Positions 12,982-28,607 of a stretch of 64,000 bases of DNA are shown here, in pieces (the stretch's first letter is position 1; every line of letters starts with the position of its first letter). Below the pieces are notes generated by a model. The model did no database searches. It saw only the letters and a program-made list of their open reading frames with translations, and was not told the origin of the DNA. Source of the DNA: Chrysomallon squamiferum (lineage: Eukaryota; Animalia; Mollusca); assembly GCA_012295275.1 (NCBI GenBank), contig CM022671.1, positions 33,542,001-33,606,000 of the forward strand, in the 5' to 3' direction. A program made the position numbers and the translations under genes.

Positions 12982-14695
12982 GTAAGTATTAAGATAGATT
13001 ACTAAGGCTGATTTTTAAATTTATTAGGCTTCATTATTTTGCAGTTTAAACCAAATATATTAGAATTTCAGTTAAAATCATTTAAAATATTTAGAAGGAA
13101 AAAGGGATTTTTAACTGAGTACTAGAAGGTTGACATCCCCAAAATTGGCTGTCACTGTCTATATTATATGTGCGAAACTCAATTACCTTAGTACGGACAG
13201 TGTGCCAGGGATATTTTCGCTCAATATCTGAATATGTTATGCATTTAATATCCCTATTCTCATTACCGACATTATTTTAAAACGATATTTTTAAAAACAT
13301 TATTCCATTATTTGTGATCATTGAAATGTTTTTAATTTGTTTTTTAATTGTTATTATTATTATTGCTAAATTAATAACAATTTGAAATAATAAAAAGCAA
13401 AGTAAATTAATGAAAAGTAGAATAGTAGAAGAATATACTGTAACAATGAAATTACATTTGACAGGCAATAAATAATTTATGTATTATCCTTTTCTTTTTT
13501 CTCAACATAATAAAAGTAAAATTTCATTATATATTTCATTATGTGTTATATGAATAAATAGTTTAATAAAATCATTTATTCATGCACTTAATAAATTATT
13601 TTATGGTTTTGGGAAACTGTTACATATGCACACACATACACATACATACATACACACACACACACATACATATAAAAACTAAAAACAAATTATTAAAGTA
13701 TGTGTGAGGACATGAAGAAATAATCTAAATATATTCTGAATTCTTCCAAGTTATGCTTTTTATATATTTCTTGCCATACAGTCAAAATTAATAATGAAAT
13801 ATAACAATAAAAGAGAACAGTTTAAAATCTTTGGGTGCTGGCATGTATCAGCATTCACAATATGACTGAATATAGATTGGAATTGTCTGGTCTAGGGTAG
13901 TGTTTTGTAGTATGTGGAAAATTTGAATATGATGTATTAACAGCCTTTTTTTTTTTTTTCTGAATCCATTAAAATCAATAAGCAAGAAATCATGCCATGC
14001 AAAATAAATAAATTATGAAATGTAATTTGACTTGTCTTAGGAAATACATTAATGACTATGACCTTATGGGTCTAGTACACTTGATAAACATTGTAATCTA
14101 AGATGCTTGTGCCTTTCTATAGCAGTTGGATTTGATGTTTAGCCATTTGAGAGTTGAAATCATAGCATCTTTCTCTAGGAACCACAAGAAATATCAAGGG
14201 GATGAGGAAGAGCATGGCAAGCCACTGTTCTAACCACTGCCTGTTTCATTTGAATTACTTATACTGACAGAAATAATAGTTGTATTGACTATCTCACAGC
14301 TGTAGTTAAAAGGTGGTGTTTTGTAACTATTATTTCATACTTTTTTGATAGTTGTCCAAAACCATAAAATAACTTGGAAGTATATGTACAAAAAATTTGA
14401 TTAAATGTTTTATTCATATAACCACAGGAACATTTTATATTTTGAGAGATGTGAAAAATAAATATAATAATAACACTGTATATTTTTCAGACTAGCTGCA
14501 GAAATATATATATGTCTATAATATTGTGATGCCAAAAGAATAATGAATACAATGGCATGGTAGGCTACCTCAAAGAGACGTTGTGGACTTATGGATAGCA
14601 GTATTGAGGTTTGACTTGAAGAAGGCACTAAACTGAACTGAATATCAGAATCTGCAGGTTTGGATGAATCATCAAGCACCAAGAAAAAGTTAAAT

Positions 14696-17271
14696 ATGGC
14701 AGACAATGCAGATGATAGAGTAGAAAGTGAAGCAGGTGAAAAAACAGACCTTGTCAGTGCTGTTGTAGGTTCCATTCATGTACAAAAAAGAGAAGATCAG
14801 TCATCTGAAAAAGAGAAATTAACACATAGTGAAAAAATGGAAATGGCTACCTTAAAGAATGTTCTCCCACCAATAGATACATCGAAACTCATACTGGCTC
14901 CTGAATTTCAAGAGATATCCTCTGAGGCCAGTTTGGGTAAAACTGGAAGTTCACATGAGATTGTTTTTGAAACAAAGAAAAGAAGAAAGAAGGCAGACCA
15001 TGATCCTAATTGTCATAGTGTGACTTTCACAGTTAATATAGCAATAGCAGTGCCTTCAGGTAAAGTGTGATTCATTTTCTTGTATCAAGTTTGAATTCTT
15101 ATTTTATACAAGTGTAAATACTAAGTGGAAAAAATAATTAAAACGTTATGGCACTTAAAATTTAATATTATTAAATAATATGAGATAATCTTTTTAGATA
15201 ATGTTATTAGTAAAGTTTGATAATAAGTATTATTTGTAGCATGAGTAGATTTTTACTAAAAAAAACACAATTTGTTCTATATTAATGTAAAAGAAAAGTA
15301 CCAAAATGAATTGGGTAGAAACAGTTTAACACATTCATACAAACTGATAGCTATATATTATTTTGTTATTGAGAAAAATAACACCTTTAAAAAAAGAAAT
15401 TAGATTAAAAATCCTCCCCCAAAAACAACAATAACAAAAATATTAATATACTTTTTTTAAAAACCTGCAAAGAGAATAACCACCATCCATTTATTTTTAA
15501 ATATCTTGATTATACTGAAAATTGTTTATCAAAGTTATGCAAGAAATATATTAAAATATTTGAAGTAACTGTATTCTGTTTTCTTGAATAGTATGTACCT
15601 TTTGTGGATAAATAAATACATTTTGTATGCTTCATAATTATTATTTTATGTATTCACACTAATCTTTGCTAGTAATAACATTTAACGATACTCATTATAA
15701 TGAGATCAGAAGAATATGAGAATAGTAGCTTTTTCCCAAATGTCAAGTAGTCTTTCATATTATAGAACTATTAATAGAAATAAAATAAAATAAAAAAGGC
15801 TGACCTCTATACACTATATTTCAACAACTTCAACCCATATATTTATTATGATCATAATCACTACAGTGTGTTGTTAGAAATAGTTGTTGGTAAAGATAAA
15901 TACCAAAATACCATAGATAATATACCTTAAAATAAAACCAGACTATTTATTGTTGGTTGATTTCAATCAACATTAATTGTCACTGTTGATTTTATTAAGA
16001 AACTTTACTACTCTGCAGACTTGAAGAGCAATGTTCGTCAAATACTTATATGTTCAAAACATAATATATACCAAGAAATTCCAAAGCGTAGAGAAAAAAA
16101 GGGTAATAAAGGTGCATGTGCTGTTACAGGTTTTTAAAATGTTTTTAATTTTAAGCAGAACATTTGAGAGCTTAAGAATTCTCTCCTGTGTTTGTGTTGC
16201 TTGAACAGTTTTGTTTCTTAAATTATAAAAAAAAATTACAAAAAAAAATTACTATATATATATTTTTGTTTTAACTTTTTCCTTTCAAAAATTCTGTAGA
16301 TAGAGTATTTATATATGAACTCACAATTTTTAATATTTTTAAATGTTTTTTTTTTTTTTTTTTTTTTTGTGTGTTTTTAACAGCATGGTTTGCTTAATTT
16401 ATCTGCTTTTCTCTCTGGGACTGTTTGTTTCATTTGAATTATTTATACTGACAAGTATGATTGTTCATTTGCAGATGCTACACCTCAGGGATTTATTGAA
16501 TGTGTGCCAAAGTATTGTGGTGATAAGACCATCTATTATTCAATTACAGTTAATGACTCTGAGTGCTAAAACTCAGATTACATGCTCCCAGGCCTGTCTA
16601 TGATTTAAATATTAATGGCACTCTTGTAACTGCAGTTGTAGCTCATCATTTGTTCAAATATAATATTGTAGCCCATTATCCCCTTTGATTCCAAATCCTA
16701 GATTTGTTTATTTCGGTAGGTTTAGCATTTTTTCCCAGATAGTCAGCCAGTCCTTATTTTCTATTGTTTTATTCATCTATTCATGTTTAATTATGTTTGT
16801 GGTTTTTGTTTTTGTTTTTTCATTGATTACTTTATCTATTCACTGTTTCTGATTTATCAAGTTAATCTTGCTTTTTCGCATTTCATTTTTATGTTATGTA
16901 ACAGTGATTACATTGCTATTTAACAACAGTAGACATCAGTTAAGACATTGTTATATGTATTATATATTTAAAATTAATTTTAGATGTGTTTACAATTATC
17001 TTTTTGTAATATCGATGTTTACACACACATATATGTATATGTGTGTTTTTATATATATATATATAAACCCAGTTTTTATTTTCAATTATTAATTATATTC
17101 TTTTGTTGGTAATTTATCCAGTATTAAAATTAAATTTTTTGTTTTAAAATAATTCATCATTTTTTAATGGTTATATAATTAAAATGAAAAAAAAAAAAAA
17201 AAAAAAAATTAAAATTGTTTTTACTGTTTAAATTATACCACATATATACAATTGGTATACATATCTAAAAG

Positions 17272-17306
<35 letters not shown>

Positions 17307-20300
17307 ACATATGTATGTTCATACACAAACACAATCATTTCTACTATCATCTTTACAGGATTATATTTTATATATTTTTAAACAGTTGCAATGTTGTAAA
17401 GAGAAATAGGTCTGCCACAGAGTCATTAAAAAAATGAGATGAAAACAAGTTTAGTGATTATGAAAAGTGGGGCCCACACAACTTTGATCTGTGCACGATA
17501 TAGCATCACTGTAATATAGCAAACATATTTTATGTTCTGTTGTCATTGCTGTAACGTCTAACTTCAAAACTATATTTCTTATAATAAAAGCTGACGAAGA
17601 CTTGCAACAAGAATCTACTGAGTCCATTAAAAAGAAAAAGCGAGTGATTGAAGCCCCTCGAGCTCAAAACTACTATCACCTGGAATATTACCTTCTGCCT
17701 GAAGAAGATGAACTAACCAAGACAGATCTTGTCACTTATGGCATGGCAGCCAAAATCTACATGGAGCGACATGATCCTCGAGTGATAAAGACATGGGTGG
17801 ATGGCGAGGTGACCTGGATTGCCTGGTCTAACAGGTATTATTGACCTTTTGATTTTTATTAAATTAATAAGTATTTGTTTAAATCTTTATTTCTTCTGCT
17901 TTTCTGTAAATAAATAAAAACAAAATTTAAAAAATACAAATGCTAAAATATCCTTATCTCAGTCTATTCTGTAAGTAATACATAATTCTGTAGGCTGGGT
18001 GATATAAAGTTAAATAAAGGCTATAAAATGTGACTTGTTAGCAATCAGGACTGCTGATAAATGACTGTCTTCCGTGCCTCAATTTCCGGATCAGGGACAA
18101 ATTATTGGTAACTGTATCAACAGAGGCTGCTGTAATCAATCAGGTTGATTAGGTATATGGAAAGCATTATTTCAGTAATTGCTTTGGTGAAACCAGCGAC
18201 AGTATTTTTGTTAGTTGTCTGAAACATAAATTCAAACACGGACAGATTTTATATTGTTGCAAAATGTGAGTTGTATATATTTGTTTGTTAATGTTATTTG
18301 TAATTTTTAATATAAATATTTATTTGTTGTTTTTATAATTATTGTTTTCATTTTAACATTTATTGTCACTTTTGATGTTATATTTGAATACTATGGTTAT
18401 TACTATTACAACTGCTTCAACTATTATTATTATTATTTTTTTTTTATCATTACCATCATTAATTTTAAAATGAATGATGTTAGTACTTGGTAGTAAAAAT
18501 GTACTTGCATTTACCATTCAAATATATTATTCAGTGCTATCATCAACACACATTTTCCAGTGATACCAGTTACACACACGCAGACACAAACGCACACATG
18601 TTTATTTTAAAAAATATGTATATTTTCAATTTTAGCCATACCTTAACTATGACAAAAGATGTTCTGCTCCGGCTGTTTAACCATAGATTAGAACTGAGAG
18701 TATGGGACACTAAAGACAAAGTTTCATCACGAGCTCGTTTTGACAGACCTAAGGCCTTTAGATTACCCCAGGGCAAACCAGGTCAGTATAGGTTTTTGTG
18801 TGTTTTTCATGAATAGATTTAGTCATATTTTTTGGCATTGTCATACGAATAAATGTTTTTAGTATTTGATTATAGAAATACATTGAAGATAAAAATTGGG
18901 TTATAATTAATGGTTATTCAGCCAGAAAATACGCATTTATTTTATAAATAAAGAAATTAAGTAGTGTCCTTTTTAACATTTTATTATTACAGATGTTGTT
19001 GCTGTTTTAAATAAAATAATTTATTGTAGGGGAGGATGCTGACGAAGTGGGTGGAGTTAAAGGACTGGTTATGAAACAGTTGAAGAACTTCACGAAAATG
19101 CAGCCTGCAAAGTCAATATATGTCCGAGCTTTGCCTTCATTACTTAGCTTTCCTAAGGAAAGCCTTTTAAAGAAAAGGAGTAAGGATACAGAAATGTTTC
19201 ATATTTGTAATTTGAAAAAATAAAAATTTCAAATTAATTTTCAGACAATTATGAAAAACAGTTTTAGTTTAGCAGAAAGCTCATTGATAGGTTTTCTGTT
19301 ATCTTTGAATTCCATCATGTTGCAGTTCTTACATAGTCTTCATTATTGTTTGTATTGTTTAATGATGCCTTTAGAGTCCATTGGCTATTGGAGAGATTTT
19401 GTCTTTTTCAGTGAATTTTCAAAGGAAACAAATTATAATTTTAATATAGATTTTTTATATAAATATATATGATTTTTCATTTACCATTTAAATTAGACAG
19501 AGTTAAAAGTGATGAATGGAAGTAGGGAGGGTGCACATTTTTTTTCAGATTCATAGTACTTACACAGGTAAAAAAAAAACACCTGTTCTCGTTTGTTTAA
19601 TTTTATTGTAATTATTTCCAGGTCAGGAGTCAACTATATCTGTTGAACAGAAATCAAGTAAAAGCAGAGAAAAATCCCCTTCCTCTCAGCAGTCACACAA
19701 AGTGGCAAAAACTCCTTCTTCAAGACAAGACAAAGATCAGGATGCATCCACTGGTCAAGTTGGGAAAACAACTGAACCTAAGAATGTCAAAAAGCAAGAA
19801 AAACCTGTCAGATCTGGAGGTGGAAGTGAAGGTGGAAGTGGAGGTGGAGGTGGAGGTGGAGGTGGAGGTGGAAGTAGAAGTAGAAGTAGAAGGTGAAGGT
19901 GGAGGTGGAGGTAGAAGTAGAAGTGAAGGTGGAGGTGGAGTGACTCATCATTCCACAGACCATAGAACACCAACTCCACAAGTGTTGACAGCTTTCAAAC
20001 TGCGAAATATTTGTGGGGAAGAAGATAGGTTGGATTTTGTTTTAATAATAATTAATTAACATGGATGTTTATGACTTGAAGTAGATGTTGTAGAATTGAG
20101 AAGTCAAAATTTGTTACGGAACATAAAAGCAAAGTTACTCTACTATGAAGTTGATTTTGTTGAACCATGAAGTAGATATTACTGATTTAAGAAGCAGTAT
20201 TTGTGAGCCATGATATAGTGACTTAGATTTGACTGAACAAATAACCATATTATATTAAATGAAGACATAGAACTGAAAAGTAGACTGTAAGTTCACATAT

Positions 20301-23300
20301 TCATGTATAACTGTGTTTTATATTACAGATCATTTAGTCGATTAGGCAACCTGGCTAAAGCCAAACGACCTGTTCGATCTAGTCAGGGCCTAAAGGAAAA
20401 AATAAAAACTGGCCAAAAGGAAAGCTCAAAAAGTGGTCAAAAGGAAAGCTCAAAAACTGGCCAAAAGGAAAGCTCAAAAACTGGCCAAAAAGAAAGCTCA
20501 AAAAGTGGCCAACGGGAAAGCTCAAAAGGTGGCCAAAAAGAAGATCGACATTCCAAGTCAGCCCCAAGAGTAAATAAAAGTAGCAAAACCAGAACACGGA
20601 GTCCTTATGGAATTCAGTCAAAATCTGTAGACTCTGACAGTAAGTGAATACATACATACATACATGTGTGAATGTGTGTTACATTTATTAACAAGGAGGG
20701 AATAGGTGATTCATTTGTAGAACATTTGCTATGTAGCAGAATAATTAAGCATTTTATCCTTGATGCAATTCATTAGATAGTTTTGCAGGTCAGCCAGAAT
20801 TCCATGATGACTTTAAAAAATACAGCAGTTGAATTTCAGTCAGAGAAAATGTATATACATTTATGTAACCTGTGCAAAGTTTTTTCAGTAGTTTAAATTT
20901 TGATATTTTTGACAGCTAATAAATATATTTTTAAAATATTAACTCACTCAATGAGCAGTTACACAGGTTCTGGTAATGTTTTGTTTTTCATTTCAGGCTC
21001 AATACTGTTACTTGAGAAAGAACTGTCAAAATCTAAATCTGAGGTAGATTCACAGGCTGCAGCAGAGAACATCAGACTGAATGGAATCTGCAGTGTTTCT
21101 GTTCGCATGTCCATGCTCTTTGGAGGTAATTTAAACACAACACTAGTTTTGTCTTTCTGGGTTAGTTGGTTCAGTTAGCTTCTAAAATATGGCTCTCATC
21201 AAGTTTTAAAACAAATCTTTCAAAGTATTTTCAGACATGGATGTACAAAAAATGCTAAATCACAGTTGGGTTTATTTCAGTGGTTTCCAGAGACATGTGC
21301 AGCTTTCTTGTTTAAATTTTCAGTTAATTCAACTTGCATATGCAGGTGTCTGACACCCAATAGCTGATCTGTTTTTTCATTTATTCATTTGTACAGGCAT
21401 CTGTAGTCAGAATTTCAGTTAGGCCAAAGTTGAAACAGTTAAAGATATCACTTTGATTACACTGTAAAGTATGAATATGATTAGTGATTGTTACAGTGTA
21501 ATTAAGTATGTATATGATTACTTGTCTTTTTTTCCATCAACTTCAAGTTTGATGGCTTCAAAATCTAAAATGACTATTGCAAATATGGTTACATAAGTAT
21601 GATTACTCCATGTCTTGTTAGATATAAATGGAATCAGTTTAACAGTGATGTTTTGTCATCTGGGTTGTAAATGATGCAGTACTAGTGACTACCAGTCTTA
21701 AGACTAATAAAATACTCAAAAGTTTCAAAAGCTGAAAAAACTTAACATTCTTATTGGAACATTCTTTCATGGAAAAATGTAAAATTACCATACTATTTAT
21801 TATTTCATCTTGCCAATTTGAATACATGCAGTGAAGTGAAACTATCTTTTAGCAGTAGGCTAATGTTATATGTTTGAACTAAATAATATTATGTCGGTCT
21901 ATTAGGATAAAAATAACAAAACCTGCATGCAAAAAAGAAAACACAAGACACCTTTAATTTTATTTTATGTTGACATAGTGTTGTAGGATGTGAATATATT
22001 TCTGTTTTTGTTGAAGTGTATCATTTATGGTATATATATATATATATACCTACCTACCTACATATGTGTCTGTCTGTGCTTTGATGGTGTCAGGAAAATA
22101 TAGCCCTGTAGAATGACTTCCATTTCATAATTTTATTGCATGTTATCCAGGTATAAGGAGTCTGACAGGTAGATTGGAGAAACCTGTGATGGGAGTTGAA
22201 GATCTCTTTCTGACAGTGAGTGTTGATGGATCTCTGATGTCAGAGGCTCAGAAAAAAGAACTGAATCCAATGATTATTACAATAATATCTGCAACTGATC
22301 TGCCAAGAACACCCATTTGTTACCAGGAACTTAAACTGAAGTAAGTGTAAAAAACGCTATGTTTTCAATTGTTTACTTTTCCATTCTAAGTAATACAAAC
22401 AGAGGGAAACTGGGGAGGTGGTAAGTAGTAATATTAATTCCCTCATCCAGTTAAAATAACTCATAAAAAAATAAAGAATAATAAAAAATACATATTTGTT
22501 AAGTAATTACATTATTACATTTTCTGTTAGTTGTACATGGATAAATGAATTGCTTGTTTTTTTGTTTTTTTGTTTAGAATGTGAAATATTCTTAATATTT
22601 TCAATAATTAAAAGATTTTAGAGTAATATAAACAAAATAATAAATGAGCAAAAGTTAATAAATGACTAGGAAAAAAATAAGATGTAAACAAATAATTAAA
22701 TTAAAATATGTTGTTAGATGAATGAATATTACATTTTTATGTTTATATGTAAACTCATTTTGTATCTCAGTTTCTAATGACTTGTTCTTCAGATGCCATC
22801 CTGTGTACTGCAAGTATCAGTTCTACAAAGAGCCTGTACATAAGACTGATGGCAAGGAACATGCTAAAGATGTATACTGGGAAGACACCAATGTAGTTTT
22901 GTTAGGTATATGACTTAAAAAAATATATACATTTATTTCTCATGTTAAAATAAAAAAATAATAATGGTGTAATATACAGTCAAAAGATTTTGATTGTTGA
23001 TATTTATAAAATAATAATAAGAAGAACAAAACAATATTACTAAACAGTAGTTTTCTTCAGGTATATAGATACAAAATATTTTGTTGGTTGTTTTAAGTAA
23101 AAATAATACAATGATGACAGTAATATAACTACAACTGCTGCTGCTTCTGTTCTACTACTACTACTATATATGCTGATGCTACCACTACCAAATCAACTGC
23201 TATCATTACAACTACCAATACAGCAACTTCCACTGCTATTACTCCTCATACCACTACAACTGCTACTACTGCTACTTTTACTATCACTACAGTTACCACT

Positions 23301-26300
23301 TCCTCAGTTACTATGCTACTATACTACTATTGCTATATCACTTCTACAATTATTACTGTTATCACTGCTACTACCACTACCATTAACAACAACAACAATA
23401 CTAATAATGCAATCTTAACAGTAATGATAATTAAAAATATATTCATTTTCAGGTACTATGGAACCCAGTCAGTTAAAAGAATATTTGAATGGTCCACCTC
23501 TAGAAATAGAAATACATGACCGAGATAGAAAAGAAGATGAAGTCAACTTGAAACCAACACTGTTTGGTGATGATCTAGAAGATGAAAAAATCAGCAATGT
23601 TGGAACTGTTGCAAGTAAGAGAAAAAAGAGAGAAAAAAAATTTGATCACCATGATTCTGTTGTCACAGAAAGTTGACTTCCGTTAATGCTAAGGATTACA
23701 GCTTTTTTTTATCAGTCTGTCCTTAATAATATTATTATTGTTAGACATTTATTTCACAAAATGCAACAAAGAATATTGAAAAGTTTGTATTTATAATTGT
23801 TTTTCCAATGTTTATTAATTTATTATCATTAAAATACATATAGAGCAGTTTCCATTTCAGATATTTTTATTAATACATAGACGAAAAAACATTCATGCCA
23901 AATAATTCATACTTGAATTGTTTTCCAAAAATACAAAAGTTTATTCTCTTTCACTGACACGCAGGCAGACGGACACTCTACAATCCATTCGAAGGCCGTG
24001 ACAAACCATGGGACCCTTACGGAGTGGCCAAACTGGATTTATCTGAATTGCTTCTTGGTCATAAACTGTTATGTCTGAAAATTCCTATACACAACTGTCC
24101 AGTTCCTGATGTTCTAGGCCAGGATGGGAAACATGATGGAAAACTGATTGGCATTTCTGGAGCTGTTGATGGACCAGGTTCGCTTGCTTTAATATTAAAA
24201 GACCTGAGAAAAATTAATACTTAATGACAGCATAACAGTTCTTTTTAAAAAATATTACTGTGTTGTAATGTGTCAGTTGTGATTTTCTCAATAACAGGAA
24301 TGCATTGCTATGTGCCCATTTGTTTTACTTATAGTAGCAGAAATAATCTTTCATTTATCACCTTCTCATAGACATGAGTATTTATCTCTTTAATATACCC
24401 ACTGTGTGACAGTGGCAAGAAGGGAACTAGTTTGCCTTTAAAGAAATAATGCAAATGTAATACTGATGTATAATGGATTTTTTTTTTTAAAGTTTTGGAA
24501 TTATATTTTCAGTTGACCATCCTATTTTTGCTGGGCATTATTTCAACTCAAATGCAACACTGAAATTGAAAGTGGAAGTATCAACCTCACTGTCCACTAT
24601 TCCTCAGCTAAGGCACATGGATTTACACAAAGTAATATTTTGTTTACAACAAAAAATAAAAATAAATAAGAATTTATAAATATATCTATCACAGCATATT
24701 TGGAAAGACCTTGTAAATGATAGTTTAAGAACAAATTGGAAAAAAGAAAATTAAAAAGAATCAAGAAAACAAGCAATCTAAGGAGAAGATCAAAAAATAA
24801 AAATGATAAACATAATGTAAAACATAACCTATCCAAAATGTAATTAGTAATTTTGTTTTCAAAGCAGGATAGATGTTGCCTTGTTTTAACAAAAATCTAA
24901 TATGTTTATAAGCCTATTATAATCTTTAAAAAAAAAAAAATTATTATTATATTTTAATATAGTTGTTTATATGACAGCACATCATACAATAGTTACAACT
25001 TATTTTATTGAAAATTAAAGCATCTATTATATTCTCAGATTATTTTATTAAAATACTATTTCAAGAAATGAACTATTTCTTTCTTTGTTCCAAGTAATGA
25101 AAACAAATTATAGTTATGAGATGTGCAACTTTCAACAACCGAATTCTTGTTTCTTTCCAGTGTCCATTTGGTAAAATTGTGTTTATATTTGACTACAAGA
25201 ATGTGAAACTGCTGCACAAGCTGCAGAACCTGGTGTCTGTCATTAATGCCCATGCTCTTTCGCTGGACGACATGCCCGAACATGTCATCGATGCAGCCTT
25301 ATCCACATACAAGCTGTCTGAGTAAGTCCAATAGCAGTGAGCAATTACACCAAAGTTTGCTTCAGAAACGTGCAAGATGACTTAATGAAGAAACTGTCTG
25401 ATTTTACTGAAAACTGATCAAATGTTTTATAATTGTAGTAGCACTGCAGAAATATTTTATATAGAAATACGGGTCAGCAGAAAAAAAAAAAAAAAAAAAA
25501 AAAAAAAGAAATACAATACCAAAATAAAACGCTGGATATATTAAGAAAGAAATCATGGACAGTCAAAGCTGACTGTCAAATATAAAATCAGAAATCATTT
25601 GCTGTGTATTTATTTCTGGAGCTGTTTCAAGCACTGATTATTATTTAAAGGGTGTTGAATTAAAAAACTATTCTCTAATTTGTAGGGAGCAGATGGAAAG
25701 CCACACACTGGATATTGTAACTGGATTTCAAGTGATGGATGGTGCTAACCACATATACATATTGGAAGGTTTGAGTGATAAAGCTATTCACCTTTTATGG
25801 GAGGCACTACCACAGCCAGAAAATGAAGGTAACGTAAAACAATTTTGAGGTATTTTATATGCAGATGGTGACTTGAGATAAATTATATAATTGTTGTCAC
25901 TCTAAGCAGAGTTGAAGTATAAATGAACATTTTATTCTGTATTAATTCTGCTATATCTTGAAAGTGAGGAGGCTGTAAGTAAGTGGTAAGTTGGTTGCCT
26001 GGATTGCTGGATTAATTAAAAAGTATACACTAACTATTATTATTATTATTATTATTATTTTTTTTTTTTTATTTTTTATTTTATTTTTTTTTTATTAGTG
26101 TATGACAGGCCAAGGTAGTACAGACTTTTATGCCTATTAATTCATGGATTTCTATTTTTTTTCTCTTTTTTTTTTGCTGCTGGATTATTATATAAAAAGT
26201 ATATACTAATTATGATTATTATTATTATTATTACCTTCTTTTTATAAAATGTTAGCAAGATATAAAGTTTATTCACTGATTAGTATGCTTGTTTGAGGAT

Positions 26301-28475
26301 TGCATCAGTAAACATTTTCTTATTTTAATTTTTACAGATGTGAGGGTGCTCTTCAACTCTGAGCTCAGTTTCAGTAAACGAATGTACGGTGCTTGATGTG
26401 GACTTGTGTCGAATCAAATTACACGAACCTCTCTCAGTGATCACTGAACAGTCTCTGCTGTACGTCAGAGATATGGTGCCCAAGCCATGCTTCCAGGCAC
26501 TCGTTAAAATAAAGGAGGTTTGTATCAGTTTCTGAATTAATTATTGATTATCACCAAGAAGTAAATAATGGGTGAAGTTTCTGTTTCTAACAGCAAACCA
26601 GGAGCTTTGTTGCACATATTGGTTAAGTCGTGAAGCAACCAGTAGACAGAAAAAGAAAGAAAAAGACTTATTACTTAGCCTTTATAATCAGCAAAGAATT
26701 GTCAGTACTAAAACATAATAAAACAGTCACCTGTTTGTATACAAAATGCTAGTGTTTTTTCATAAAACTGCAAGTAAACTTTAACCAAAAAAATGAATAA
26801 GAGTCTCTAGTATATGAAAATGTTACTGCACCATTGTTGTGTCACAAATATAAAATCCATTTGTATTTAGTCTGCAACTTTCTACCACTGCAAAAATGAA
26901 ACAAATAAAATGATCACTTGGAAATAAACAAAATGTGTTGAGTCTTTATGTTTGCATGGACAAACTCTAAATCTTACTTTATTATTTATATTTTATAAAA
27001 TGTCTGTAGCTAATGGCAACTAAGACTTTGAAGGATGCAGTGAGAAATGATGTCTTTCCTACGTCAGAGATGATTATTTCAATGAGCAGAGAGTTTGGTG
27101 TTCCATTCACAGTGAAGGACTTTGAAGGTATGATTACAACATATTATTACTATTATTTGTTTTTCTTATTATAAATAATTAGCTTTATTTTTATTATTAT
27201 TAAGACATCATTCAAAAGTAATGATGAATAATTAATTCTTCAGTTTAAGAAATATAAATCAATTTATATTACCTAATAATAGTTTTGATCTATGATTTAA
27301 AAAATGTAATTGATCTGTGTAACTATAACAGTAATAATTGCTATATTTTAATAAAGAATGATTAATTTTGACATTTAGTTAGGATTTAATGATATTTTAT
27401 GGCTTCTATCAGAACTGAAAGAACCAAGTAAGAATCTGCCAGAGTTGTCTGATGAGAAGTTCATTTCCCGTCCTCAAACCAGTCGGTTATGGACTCCCAT
27501 TGACAACTTCAACGAAGCTTTTATACAGCATCTTAGAGAGAGAGAAGTTACATCTGCACCTTACAACTTCATGAAAGATAATATGGTGAGTCAAAACAGG
27601 GACACGAATCTGTAATTAACAGAATTACATATCCTGTAATATCTGTGACAATTTTGTTCTTATGATTTTTAAAGGAACTTAAAGAAAAAAGGTTAAAAGC
27701 AGACTTCACATTACATATATGTACATCATAAATGACAAACACACCTGATATGAAATATAACTTTTTTTAATATTTAAAAAAAATAAAAAAGTATATTTTA
27801 TAAATTAAGGTATTTTTTAGTTAACAGGAATTAATTTTTATTGTAATTTTGTATTCACATCAGGATGATATCCACATGCGTAGTGTTAAAAACAGACTGA
27901 AACGTGAAAAGACACAACCAGCCACAGTACATGTAGATGTCTTCCCAGCTCATAATTACAGCATACAGACATACAACTCAGGAGTGCTGGCCAAGGAGAA
28001 ACTCAGACAAATTCTGGCTCAGGTATGTATTATAGCATGGACTTCTTGTTAATAAATTTCCTCATCTTTTTTTTTAATTTTCAGTGTGTGCATGTGTGTG
28101 TGAAAGTTATGACTGTATTTAGTTTTCTTTTTCTTCCTAACTCCCAATCAAACAATTTTAAAATTTGTTTTCTTTCAAATAAGTTTGTAATGATCATTAT
28201 TACTTCTACTAATCTCATTCATTAACAATATCTTTTACTGCCACAGAACCCAGGCACTCTGTACACATACTGTCAAGATTATCACCACTCCATGACTGTG
28301 TGTCCTGTCAATCCTGATGAACTGAGGAAAGAAGAACTCGAGGAGATGAGGATAAGATGGAGGACAATGGATGGCTTCATCTATCCAGGAAAGAAGACGA
28401 TGCAACAGAGCAACATCCACCCCAAGTGTCCCGATGAGGCCCGAACAGAAGAACTGAAAGAGGTAACTGAAAGAG

Positions 28476-28510
<35 letters not shown>

Positions 28511-28572
28511 TATTATTACTATTACTAGTATTATTTATTTATTCATTATTATTATTATTATTATTGTTGTTG

Positions 28573-28607
<35 letters not shown>

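Noticed and set aside
19643-20059. 138-aa ORF with (EV)n and an antisense poly-Pro ORF
   Set aside because: Alternative frames of the GGAGGT repeat in a CFAP92 exon.
20405-20545. Regular 24-bp repeats as a CRISPR-like array
   Set aside because: Head-to-tail with no unique spacers, in frame within a eukaryotic exon, and no cas genes nearby.
23130-23420. Leu-rich 82-aa ORF resembling a membrane protein
   Set aside because: Decayed (ACT)n intronic repeat.
26394-26396. In-frame TGA as selenocysteine or readthrough
   Set aside because: The downstream coding sequence is in a different frame, so readthrough would not restore the protein.
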